Source of the DNA: Euglena gracilis
Taxonomy: Eukaryota
Reading direction: 5' to 3'
DNA length: 64,000 nt
Assembly: GCA_039621445.1 (NCBI GenBank)
Contig: CP154954.1
Coordinates: forward strand, 46,727,847 to 46,791,846
Both the position numbers and the translations under genes were made by a program. This document shows positions 13,440 through 26,300 of the stretch, piece by piece; position 1 is the stretch's first letter; every line of letters begins with the position of its first letter. Below the pieces are notes generated by a model. It saw only the letters and a list, made by a program, of their open reading frames with translations. It ran no database searches and was not told the DNA's origin.

Positions 13440-13990
13440 GGCAGAAATTTACCCTCCCCCCCCTATGTCCAATGACCGGTAACCTCTGTCCTCTGACCGG
13501 GGGGGTGGTCGTTGGACATGGGGTCAAAAAAAAGTTGGTGGGTACCCAGTTCCCTACCCCCCCCCAAAATGCCCAAATTTCCCCTTCCGGCGCTTCGCGC
13601 CGAAAATTTTGGGCAATTTTGACAAATTTTGTCCAAAAAGTGTAAAAATGGCATTTTGGCCAAATTTTTGGCCAATTTTTGGGCAAAATTTTTCGTCCCG
13701 GCGCTTCACGCCGGGACCAAAAATTTGGTCAAACCTCCGAAAAGGTGTCCTCTGACCGGGGGGGGGGTGGTCATTGGACATAGGGGGGTCGTTGGACATA
13801 GGGGGGGGGGTGATGGTTAAAAAATCACCCAAAATCGCGGTTTTGCACTTTCTTTTTTTTAAAAAAAGGGGGGGTATGTGTGAACGTATGTATGCAAAAA
13901 AATTCCCTTGCGATTCGCGCCGAGGAAGCAAAAAAAATTACTTCTGGTTCTTTGAAGGGGGGGTTTAGATCCCTGGGCAGGGGGGGGGTC
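13440..13990. repeat. Dispersed repeat with TGTCCAA(C/T)GACC / GGTCGTTGGACA units (related copies at about 34160-34400, 35395-35530, 35660-36070)
   Basis: The string CCCTATGTCCAA(T/C)GACCGGTAACCTCTGTCCTCTGACC and G-run/GTCGTTGGACA units recur at these loci; ends not defined. Confidence 0.6.
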
Positions 13991-14389
13991 GCCAACCTCC
14001 TCCAACCTGTCGTCAATGACCGGGGATTGCAGAGAGGTAAAGATGGAACAATGTTCGTACCGAACCTAGGCATAGGCATTGTCTTGTTGAACTTGCATAC
14101 TTGTGTACCTCATCGTAATTATTTTTGAAAATCACCAGAAATCATCTGAAAATACCAAAAAAATTTCCAAATTATCTTCCCAGATTGAACCAATTTTCTG
14201 ATCCATTACAAGGACCAGATGCAAAAGACACATAATCAGGAGTTCGGAAACCAAAAAGGTGCGTGATTCTAGAATTCGGCAAGTTCAAGGCACACAAAAA
14301 GAAAAAATATTTCTGAGTTTCAGCCGTCTAAGAAATGCGATTCAAACAGTGGCCTGACGTCGAGCCCACACACGCCAAATGGTTATAAG

Positions 14390-17300
14390 CAAATGCCCCG
14401 CCTCCAAGCCTCCTCGGCCTCCTCATATTGGTCGAGGAGGACCTCCTCTCCCTCCCAAAGCTTGGACGGCGCTTCGGCCTCCCCCTCCCAACCCTCTGGG
14501 GGCGCTTCACACTCCGCGAGGGAGGGCGCCGCGTCCGGCGGCATCGCACCCCCGGCGGTGGGGCGGCGGCGGCGGAAGGGGCTGCGGAGGGGCGGTGGGC
14601 GGGCACGGCAGGGTTGGGGGTGCAGCGCAGGGTAGCCCCGGCGGCCAGTGTCGCAAGCCAGCCCTGTTGGCCGGAAACGAGGCGTGCGTTGCGTTTCGGA
14701 TGTGTCCCGGTGTGGCGTGGGCATTCCGCCGGCGGCCCACCGGGGAGTCCCCCAGCAGAGGGTTGAGCGATGGAAAACACGGCAATGATGGGGAACACAG
14801 GGGAAGGACAATTGGTGCTTGCAAGCCTCCCTGTGTTGGGAAATTGGCGCAAATGCGAACAGAAAAGGACGGTCAACTACTTATGATCAGCCAGAGAGGG
14901 GGGGGGGTCGGTTGAGCCAGCAGCCTTTCCCAGCCCCGGACCACTCCCCTCCCATCGCTGGATTAATTCTGGTCTCCCCCCCAAATATAAAGCCCCCGGG
15001 CTTTAAAGTTGGACGGGATTTCAAAACCCTCAGGGGGGGGCTTTATATTTGGGGGGGGGGCTGTAAATTTGGGGGGAAATCCAAACTTTTTTGGGTGGCC
15101 TCTATGACCTTCGGCGGTCTTCAATTGTGGCCAAATACCAATTTTATGCCGACTTTTTGTTGTGTGCCTGCTATTTTTCGCAAAAATGTGCAATTCTTAT
15201 CCAAAATGGAGCATTTCTGGCAGTGTGGGGGCTAGAGTTCCTCGACAGACGTGGGGACAAGACCCTGGGCTTGCCCTCAATCCCCCCAAATCCTGCACCT
15301 GGGTGTTTTCCTGCTGTTTGACCTCAGCTTCACACTCCCAGGGACCCACAACTTTCTGGCACGCCGGTTTTTTTTTCTTTCAGCTGGCAACCTCTTCACA
15401 ACGCATTCCACAGAGCTCGAAAGGACCAAATTTCACCCAGCCTGAACACATTCGGGACTTGCAACGGGGGGTTTCAGCCCTGGTTGGGAAAATTCATATC
15501 TGTCGGAGTTGAAACCCAAGGTTTTGAATTTTTTTTTAAACCTTGTGCGTAGCCCTGAAAAAAACAAACACAAAAATTGGGCCTTCCCTGGGTCCCAACA
15601 TCGGCAACTGATGCAGGTCCCAATGTTGACAATCTCGTTGGGACCGTAAAGGTCAAAGGGTCAAAAGGGTGGGTTTCCAAGCTGGGTTTCAAAAAGAGCG
15701 AAAAAATGCGCAGATATGCAATTGAAAAAGCAAAACCTTAAATGGAGTTAGGCCGCCGAAGATCCTGATGTCGTCGGTGAAAACGGTTGCCATAGACTGG
15801 CAGGTGAAAACGGTTGCCATAGACTGGCAGGGAGGGCACAGGAGACCAATGAATGCGATCTTCGAAGTACTGACGTGCAACAGCGGCTTCGGCTCACGTT
15901 GCTTCTCTGGAGCATCGCGGTGCGAAACAAACCGTCGTCAGGTGTGCCCGAAGAAGGCTTGTGGTTCCATTTGCATAGGGCTAGCGTACAACAGGGTGAT
16001 GGTCGACCTCGAGCGGCTTTTATGCGGTCACTAGGAGATGACACAGCTGGCCCCGGCACTACTGGGCACCTTCCGGTGCCCGCTCGGGGGTTGCCCTGGG
16101 GTGGGCCGAGCTGGGTGGTGACAGGGGCAGCAGCATCGGCACCCCATCTCGCACCATTGTGGGGGCAAAACTGGCTCCGAGAAACTTTCTCCAGAGAAGT
16201 CAGCAAGTACGGCATAACTTCCTGGTCAGGGCAGAAATTGACATTTTTTGACTCCCAGGTGATACAAAAAAATTTTAAAAGGCATATTTCTCACATATTT
16301 GTCATCAGAATAAATAATTGCAACAACAACAATGATAATGATAATGATAATGATTTTCCCCTCGGGAACATGCAAGGCGGCAATGGCAAGCATGCACCCC
16401 AGCATGCACCCCCCCCAGGTGGGGTCAACCACGCCTTGAATCTCAGCCTGCTTTCGAGAAAGTCACACTGTTCTGAAGGTGCTTCGCTCTGAAAAAACGT
16501 GGGGTAGACTTTCCTTAATCAAAAACTTAAAATATCTCAAATTTGCTGGTTACCCATTTTAGCGGTTTAATTTTCATCGCATAAAGTTGGCACCCGACAA
16601 GTCAGCAATTTTAAGCCTGAGTGAAAACTTTCTGGAGAGGCCTGACAGTAAGATATCCAACATGAAAAACTGGTACAAACTTCGGGTGTGGGCAAAAAAA
16701 AATTCAGAAAACGGCAGAAGAACAACACAGAGATACTCTCCGAACCGAACTTTGCTTTGGTTGCTCAGTTTCCGTCTCCGACAAAACGCTCTGGGCATTA
16801 TTTCTGACCATGTTGATTTCATTTTCAGGACGAGAGCGGCGAAGACAGAGAATCCTCAACACCAAAAAAATAACGCAGGGGTGGCCAATGGGTACTGGCA
16901 CCAGAGGCGGGTCTTCGACGGGTTGGACCAGCCGTCGGCGGAGTCCCATTGGCTGTCCATCCCAGCTCGGGGGTCCGGGGGGGGGGGGGTCTTTTCTGAA
17001 GGCTGGGGTATTGAACACAAAACCAATTAAAAAATTCGCAACCATTGTCTCTGCAGGGGTGACAATTGCTCTCCTCCTGTGGGCAGGAGCGAAAGCCAGC
17101 AGGTATCACACTGAGCAAACACACACACACACATGCGCGCAAGCACAAAAAACACACACAACGTTCGTAAATAGCGACACACACACACACACACGCACAC
17201 ACACACAGAGAGAGAGGGGGGGCAGGGAGGGAGAGAGGGAGAGGGAGACAGAGAAAAATGCAGCTCCCAAATGCAAACAAACTGACAAATGGAGCAGACC

Positions 17301-20300
17301 GCCGCCTGTGTGCGTCTCCTCCTCCCCCAGCTGTTGCTCGCTGGCGGGTTGCCCCCCTCCTCCGGGGGGTCAAGCAGCCAACCGCGGCCGGGGGGCACTG
17401 GACCGAACCGTCATCAGCCGTCATTGTGGGCTGCAGTCCAGCGAACCGGTGGGGGGGGTCAGGGGGTGGGGGTCCCACCGGCCGCCGGACTAGATCTGGG
17501 TGGCACCCAAAAACAGGCAAAAAGGCCCAAATCCAGCTGGGTTGTATTTTTAAGCAAATTTTTGAGCTGAAACCCCAAAAAAGAACCGCGTCCATTTTTG
17601 AGCATTTTTCCCAAAAGGTTTTGGCCCTTTGTGCCAAAAAAAAACTGTTTCGGTCAAGCCCGGCTTTGCCGGGCTGCGAAAACCTTATTACTGCTCAAAT
17701 TCCGGGGGGGGGGGGGGGGGGTCTGCAGCCTGACTGGGGCAGGAAAAAGGTTCTGGCTTGCTGGACCTCCCCAGGGGCAGGGTGGGGTCCAGCCTCCAAT
17801 ATGGACATTTTGGGCACTGTTTGGGGGTTTCGGTGCAAATTACCAGATTACCAGAATTGACCTTTTGGGGGGTCCAAGCCCCAGGGTCCCCTGGAAGGTT
17901 GGGGGGGGGGGTGATCCGGGCCCCCCTCTCAGCCTCTGGGGGTGGTGTGGCACCCCCCCCCTCTAACTTAGGCGGCGCGAATTGCCCAAGCGTTTTTTGC
18001 GTTTTTTGGTGTTTTTTGACTGTTTTAAAAACAGCGAAAAAGGAACAAAATTTTGAGTTCAAAGGGTTACGTGGAAGCTTTGGACCAAAATTTTATGAAA
18101 GCGGTTTTGTGCGGTATTCCGCGCATAGTGCAGTACACAACGTAGATGTACGTAAAAACAGGGGTGTTGAGACCCCTGTTACAGGTGCCAGAAAAGTACT
18201 ATATTGTAACGTGTGTACAACGTGGATGTACATTGGTGGTACGTCTGTCTTCACACAGTGTGTGAAGTGAGGTGCACAACACGAGTGTGTGCGGATTACC
18301 GCACAGACCAAACACAACGACGTGTGATACAGGGGTGTGTTGTGTGGTTGGTGTGTTGCGAAGGAAAACTGTGAAAACTGTGAAGTGTGGTTTAGGCGGA
18401 TTACCGCGTAAAGAGAACGCAGTGGTGTTTACGAAGTCCAGGCGGTAACCCGTGTAACCTGTGAAACACAGAACGAAGGTATTTGATGTTGGGCGGGAAT
18501 CCGCACAACACAGCACAACGTTTGTGGTGGGTGTGTGAGCCAGATTACGTGAGAGGACAGATGCGTTTACTTGAAATGTAAACGAAAAATGGTGGGGAGG
18601 CCGGGGGGACCGGGGGGCAGCGTCCTGTCTGTCACACCACACCCCGACACATCCCATGTGCCCTAACCGTCACCGGGACGGTGGCCCAGCCGTGGCCGGT
18701 GACGGGGGTGTGTCCGCCGGGTGTGGTGGTGGGCCAACAGTCGGCTGCCCCATCCCCCTGAAAGAGGGGGCGGTCCTCTCCCCGGCGACGCCTGCCTGTG
18801 TAACTCCCCGGCCTGAACAAGAACGAAGCGGCACGTGAACGGTGGGAACGCCGGTGTTTCCGCGACTGCGGTGATGGCTGGTCGCGAAACGCGACGCAGT
18901 GTGGTTGTCAGTAGAGGGGTGTGTGCGTTTCCAAACAGATGCACAACGGTCTGCGTGGTATGGAAAAGCCAACGGGATGTCTTGTGCGGGAATCCGTGCA
19001 ACACATTCCGAGTGTGCCAAAAAGGAACAGTGAGGAGCCCGGGTGGTCCTTTGACCTCTCCGCACCGCCGGGGCAGGTTGCCCAGACCTCCCCAACGGGG
19101 GTGCGGTTGCGGCGTTTGCGGACCAACGCAGCTGGGGCGACGACGCCCGTCCCGGACTCCCCCGACCGACTGGTTAGGAAAATGGAACCTGGGTGTTTGT
19201 GTTTCACGTTTTGGACGTTTGGTGGTACACCACTGCGTAGGCTCGCGATCGGAATGCGTAGGGCACCGGTCGGTTGTGCGCGTTGAGGTCTGGTGCGGGT
19301 GAGGGAGGCTGTGTGGTGTGGTGTTACACGCCAACGGCGACGATGTGTGCGGGTTTCCGCGTACAAGAACGGACCGACGCATTAGGCGTGAGGCCCACGG
19401 TGCACTGCACAAGATGTCCGCCCCTCCTCCCTCCTACGATTCTGGATCTGGATCGCGAGGCCTTCATTTGGCGTAACCGCCGGCGTGACCACCAACAGTG
19501 GTTTCGCGAATGTTATACAGTCCAGGTGTGATCTCTGAGGAGAGATGTTGGGCAAGTGGCTGTAACGGCCTCTTGTGGCCGAGCTCCCTGGGACCGCCCA
19601 CCCCAGTGGGCAACGCCACTGGTTCCCCGGCCGGTGCGGTCACTTGCCTACTTTTTTCCTTGCGTGCGGACGAGTGCGTGTACGGGTATCCGCTCGGGCT
19701 GCGTGTATACACGGCGTGTGTCCCTTTTGTAGGGTCTCTTTTCTTCTCTTCTGTGGTTGGTGCGGAGGAGGCAGGCTGAACGAAGCGGAAGCTGACAGCA
19801 GTTCCGTGTACCCCCGGGGGGGTTGGTCTAGGCCACTGAGGGGACTCAGTGCACACGCCCAACTGGGCCGCACGATTGCGTGCTGTAGACCTCCCCCGGA
19901 CACGACTACCTGGGACCCTTTCGCGACTGGGGGTGGTTGGTGGTACACGACTGGTTTACGGTTCCTGTGTCGTTCGCGAGACACATCCGTAGGGTGGACT
20001 GCTGCTCCCTTGACATCACCCAAAACAGGCCTCCTTCTACGACGTGGAGGTGTGGTTTGTGCGGGAAACCGCACAAACCACACCTCCACCCCCCAGATCA
20101 CGGTGTTTTTCCAGGGGTTATGTCGCAGCGGCACATCCCGTTCGCGAGGGGGTACAAATCGCGAGAATTCCAACATCCGCTTGTACCACTAAACACTCTG
20201 GATCGCGACGAGGTCCCAGGGCCTTCGGTTTTGGAGGGCCGTCTTACCTGGAAAAAAAAATAAAACAAACACAAAAAAAACGCAAAAACAACCAAAAAAA

Positions 20301-23300
20301 AAAAAAGAAAAAAATCGAAAAAAAACAACAACACAATAAAAAATCCAAACCATAAACAGCAATAAAAAAAAAAAAACATAAAAATCAAAAAAAAAAAGAA
20401 GTGAATCCCTAAAAAAACAAACAACCAACACCACAATAACCAACCAACAAAAAAACACACACTAAAAATTACAATAAAAAAAAAAAAAAAAAAATCAAAA
20501 AAAAAAAAAAAAGGAATCGCGCTCTTAATTGCGCCGTACGGACCGATCAGGGTACTGTTGCCCCCGCCGGCTTCAAATTTGAGAAACCCTGAACAAACAG
20601 CAGCCTTCCATGGCTTTACACGGGAACCCGCACAACAGCGCAGAATCAAACGCAAACGGTGTCGTGGTGAGTTACCAGCAAAGGAAATACAAATACATTG
20701 CGACGTTCCCACCAGTTGTGCAGAAACCCGCGTAGAAGCGGTCTACAATGGCTGCGGTGTGTGGTACAACACAGTGTGCTGTGATGACAGATTTGAATCC
20801 AAACACAGTGCAGTGTTGTGCGGATTCCCGTGTAAAGGACTGAGCCCTTGTCGACACGACAATATGACATTGCTCCACTGCCCACACGTGGGTGAAACTC
20901 CGTGGAAACTGCACATACGTGGGTGGTCTTTGTCCATTCACTGAAAACAGTGTTCAGCATGTACAGTAGATGTGTGTACATTGCGACCCTGAGTCACGCA
21001 CACACTCTCTGCTGCGCGGTAATCCGCACAACTCTCATCTGTCTCAGACTGTGCAAAAAAAAAAATGGCCGCCTCGTCTGAGACGCTGGTGTTGCAGCTG
21101 GACCAGCTGCGGGGGTACCTTGCCGGCGCACCTCCGGTGGATGGTTGGGCGATCCTGGAGGACGCCCTCCGAAGAGGCCAACTGGGAGCCCTCAACCTGG
21201 TGGAGACGGGCCTGGCCGTCAGGGCCAACCGCCGGTCCCGTCGCAGCCTGCGGGAGGTCCGGCGGGAGTACACCCGGCCCCCGTCCGAGCGGCCGATGTG
21301 GATGGCCCGCTTCACCGACGGGCTGCTGGCGCTGTGGAGGACGCTGCGACGGCTGGCCGTGCCCTTCGGCGAGCTGGTCACGCCGGCGGCCGCCCTGGCC
21401 CCCGCCCCGGCGCAGCAGACGCTGCAGGACCTGCCCCGCGCTACCCGTCGACTGCTGCGGCCCGCCGGTCTGGTGGGCCCCACGGAGGAGCTGGTGCGGG
21501 AGCGGGCGCGAAGGGCCCGGGACGCGGTGCTGCGGGCGTTGGACGGCCACCAGTGCGTGCTGTGGCTGGACAACTTCTGCTGGCTGCGGTGGGGCACGGA
21601 CCCCACCCAGCCCAGCTACAGCCGCAACGTCACCGCCCTGGGTTCAGGGTGCCTACTCTGCCTTCTCCAGTTGGTGAAGTGGGCCTGACGATGACCATCC
21701 GTGCATGACAAGACGTGCGCGGTTTTCCGCCTGGGAATGTTCTGTCTTATAAAATGCACTGAATGAATGAACTGTTCAAGAACACCACGAGTTGGGGTGA
21801 CACAGTTGGTGACAAGGGACAGGTGAACGGCGACACTGGTGAAAACAGAGCTGAACATCCCCCAAGGTGTGTACAGGGTTCAGTACAAAGGTGGTTGTCA
21901 GACGCGTGTGTGCGGGTTTCCGTGTAACCAGTGTTGGTTTGTACGGAAACCCGCACACTTCAGGGTTGTGTATGCGTACATGTACGTACCTGGTTGGCTC
22001 AGTGAGCAGGCCCTCTGTGCGGTGACTGCTGCAGATCGACCCCCTGCGAACTCGTCAGGGCACTTTGACGCGGTCCGTGACGTTCCCCGTGTCCACGGGT
22101 CACCCGGAGTTCGGGACGGTGGTGCAGCACCTCCGCTGGGCGGCCGACCTGTGCCTGCAGTCGGCGAAGAAGCTGCACCAGGCGGTGCGCGGCCTCCACC
22201 GGGCGGAGCTCTCGGTGGACAACGTCCGCGTCCCGCTGGACATGCAGCGGGACGCGATGCGGTCGCTGCGGTGGAGGCCCTTCTCCCTGACCGAGCAGAC
22301 GGTCAGCTCGAACCGGGACCTCCTCCAGCTCCTGGAGACCGTGCTGCAGCTGCAGGCGCGGTCGGGCCGTCAGCTGCCCCTCCTGGTGGATGAGAACATC
22401 CACTACCGCATCCTCCGCCTCCTGTACTCGGCCCCGGCGCTGCGCTTCCGGATGGGGGAGCACCTCGCCAACGTCCCCCTGCTGTACGGCATCTGGCATG
22501 CCTACAAGCACACGGTGACGGTGGTGTACCGGGCGTTCTTCCCGGTGCTGGCCCACCTGGAGGTGCCGGTTGGCGCCGGGGGCAGCCGGCAGCTCACGAC
22601 GTCCCTGCGGTCGCACCGGAAGGTGCTGTACATGGAGAAGCTGTTCGCCAGCCTCCTGTTGACCCGGGCCGACGTGCTGCCCCAGCCAGGGTGACCACTG
22701 CCCGAGCTGGCTGCTTTCAGGCTGCACCTGGTACATCGGACCAATGTTTGTGCGGTTATCCGCACAGTCATGTCGTGGGTCACTTGGTGTCACATCTCTC
22801 CCTTCTGTCCGTCACAGTCTGTCCGCGTTGTGCGGAAACCCGCGTAAAGGACCCTGGTGATAGGTCACGCAGGCCAACTTTGGGTGGAGACACTTCCAAA
22901 GCTCGTCTGTCACTCTGACGCCACCTGGAGGATCGTCTCCGGGAGGAGAGCCAGCGCGTGCACGTCTCCGCCCCCACTGCGGCCGACGCGTACGGCCCGC
23001 AGCTGCTCCTGGGGCTGCACCGCCTCCTGACCTTCTTCCTGCCGGCCCTCCTCCACCTCGGCTTCAAGGTGCGGCAGTGCACCTGGCGCGGCCGCCCCGA
23101 CGACGAGGTGAAGGGGGAGACGGCGCGGCAGGTGCTGGAGCGCTGCCTGGTCCTGCAGGCCCACCTCGAGCGGGCCATGAGTCCGCATGGCCTCCCCTCG
23201 GAGTACATGCGGACCATCTCCCTGGCCCTGCTGACCTGGCAGCCGTGGATGTCCCGCCTTCCCGGGTGCGTCTTCGTGGAGGAGGCCGGCGAGGCGATGC

Positions 23301-26300
23301 TGTCGCGCCTGTCGGGTGCCTGCCGTCGGTCGCCGTACGTCACGGACTTCCGGGGCACCCTGCAGCTGTTCCTCGGCCTGCCGCCGCCGTCGGGGGCGCC
23401 GCACGCCAGCCGGGGTTCCCTGCGGCTGGGACTGGTCGCCGAGATGACCCGCCGGGTGCGCCAGCTGGCGGACCACCCCGAGGGCCGCCCCTTCCCCCGC
23501 CGGGTGGACGCCACGCGGATCGCCTGGGTGGACGCCTCTGAGGTGGAGTTCCCCCGGTGGGGGTCCCCGCCCATCCTGCCGGAGATCGTGGACGTCCGGG
23601 CGCTGGAGGCCCTGATGCGGACCTCCCTCCTGACGTTGGTGAGCGGCCGGGCCCTGACCCCCGACATCCTGGTCTGGATGCGGGAGAACGTCGGGCCGGT
23701 GGACCCCCAGGAGTTCGCCCGTCGCCAGCGGGCGATGGACAACTTCCTCCACCAGCGGCAGCGGCGGCGCCGCAGCCCTACGCCTCCGGGGGACGTCGAA
23801 CCGGCGACCAGCGGGCAGGCGGAAACCCGCGCAGAGGCGGCGGCCCGTGCGGAAACCCGCGCAGCAGCAGAACCTGCACCGCCGGGGATGAGGCCTGCTG
23901 AGGAGTCCCCGGTGGAGGGCCGGGTGCGGTTCACCCCGGAGGAGCCCAGTTCCTCCGCGGCCGAGGCGGCGGTGGTGCAGCCGCCTGCGGTGCAACCGGG
24001 ATGGCCGGCGCTGGAGCTGCCCGAGGCGGAGAGCCTGTACGAGCCGCCCAGTACAGCGGAGTCGCTGTACGAGCCCCCGGGCACGCTGTCCGAGGGGTAC
24101 GTCTCCCCGGCGGCCTCCCAGACGGCCTCGGCAGTCTGGGGGAGCTGCCTGAGCAAGCCGCCCGACGTCATCGGGGTCCTCCTCCTCGGATGAGGACCTC
24201 AGTCTCTCCCCGGCGGTGTGTGTCCCTACCGGACCCCGGTCTTTCTACGTGGTCCTGAACCTTTCTGTATATCAGGGAGTCAGATGGAGGCCTTCAGAGC
24301 GAGGGTGAGGGTTTGTTTCAGAATGTAAAGGGGGTGGCGGGCGGGTTTCCGTGCAAAAGCATTCTCCACCCAGCCAGAAGGGGGGTGCTCTGTGGGGTGG
24401 TCACTGCTGTGTTTCCTTTAATGACAATTATTTTTTTGATTGAACTGACTGTCCCAGATTTTGTGCTTATTTATATTCACAAAAGTGTTTGTGTGGGGAC
24501 TGTTTCTGACCTGAATTTCCTTCATTTCGGCTGTTTTCACGCTGCCTCGTTTTTTTAGACCTCTGATGGCAGCCCGGAAGCCCACGGCGCCCACTCGCTC
24601 GGCGACGGAGCTGGTGTCGAAGACCCCGACCCCGCTGGCCCGTGTCCGGAGGGGGTCTGGAGCTGGCTGGTGTGGTTCTGTACTTTTTTTTTGGCCGTAC
24701 AATCGTCCGAGGGTGTTTGACGGTTCCTCATTCCTGGGATGTTTTCGAAAGTACAGGAGAAGTCACTCCGTTTGTTAGACGACACTCACCCAGTTTGTTT
24801 CAGTGTCATTGACGCCCTTTGGTTTCTACAGCTGTGCGGGTTTCCGTGCAAACCGCTCAGATTTGTGTTTGGCGTGCGCGTGCAGCAGACAGACCAGTTG
24901 AAACCCTGGAGAGCCAGACAGCCTCCGCGCCTTGACGTGTTGGTGCTGGACGAGACCCTCACGCGAGGGCAGGTGCGGCGGGTCGAAAAGGCCCACGTGG
25001 ACAGCCTCGTCAAGGCGTTCACGGAGAACCCGCCGGTGGGGGCCCTGAGCTTCGTGGTGTGGCCGGAGCAGGGTGTGTTTTGTTTCTGCGAGCATAGTTG
25101 GCCAGCCTGTCTGTATTCATGGATGTTGTAAATGGCGGCGGATGCTTCGCACGTGACGAAATAATGAAATATACACCATTTGTTCTTTTTTTTTTGGAGT
25201 TGGGGTGGTGATCCAGGCGGGAATCCGTGCACCTGAACAAAACTCAGTGGCACTGTTGTCCTCCCTGTTTTCACAGCGACGGGGAAGTTCGTCATCCTGA
25301 GCGGGCAGCACCGCTTCCTGGCGGCCACCCAGGTGGCGGACGCGGCGGTGGCCGACGCGCGGCCGGCGCCGCAGTGGACCGAGTGGTTCAACTGCCACAC
25401 GGTGCTGGGGTCGGCCAGCCTCGAGGAGAGGCAGCGCGTGGCGGGGAGCATGCAAGCCCGGGACGGGACGGTGAGGGAGATGTCCCTCAGCCAGCGGGTG
25501 GAGTGGCTGGAGCGGGAGGTGGAGCGGGAGCGGCCGGGGGCGGTGCCGGACGGCGAGGCGGGGACCGCCGCCCGCCTGACGGTGAACCGGACGGAGCTGC
25601 TGAAGCGGGTGTACGTGAAGACGGGGTGCACGGAGGCGTCCCACGGCAAGATGGTGTGTGCGCGGATTTCCGTGTGCGCTGTTTTCCGTTTGATGCAATG
25701 CACGGATTCCCGCTGACACGGCTGGCTTCCTTTCTTTTTTTGCTTGTCAGAGGGAGAGTGAGTGCGCGCACCCTGTCCTTTGATATTCCAGCTATCACGT
25801 ACACATCACTCTCCCCCCCCCCAACTCTCCCTGACCTCATCTGTGCAGGACAACTGGGTGAAGTCCATGCAGCCGCTGGCGGAGTGGCTGCTGCACAGCG
25901 GGCGGCCGGTGGTGGAGGCGGTGCGGGCGCTGGAGGCGCGCCCCACGACGGGGCGGTGGCGGCGGCGTGTCCCAGTACGCGTTAAAGACGATCGAGCAGC
26001 TGTACGACCCGCAGGACTACGTCGCCCTGACGAGGGAGATGCTGGACGAGGCGGCGAAGGCGACGACGGTGCGGCTGGTTCGGATGTCCATTTCACTGTC
26101 TGTCTCCGTTGGGACTCTGCCCGCACTTTCACACAGACAGCCAGACACAGGCGCACGCACACAAGGAAACTGTGATCATACGGGGGACAGTTCAACCAGT
26201 TTTACTGTTCGAGTGGATACAGAGACAGTACGCGGTAAACCGCACACCACACCATGCGCGCTGGGGTGGAATGTGACGGGGGAGGAATGGCACTCCGCCG

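Noticed and set aside
22780-24171. Long minus-strand ORFs overlapping the element genes
   Set aside because: Antisense shadows of GC3-rich coding sequence.
24877-25330. Bacterial contamination or a plasmid parAB locus
   Set aside because: The ParB-like motif is split by a GT-AG intron, no ParA is visible, and the gene lies within a TSD-bounded element in eukaryotic DNA.
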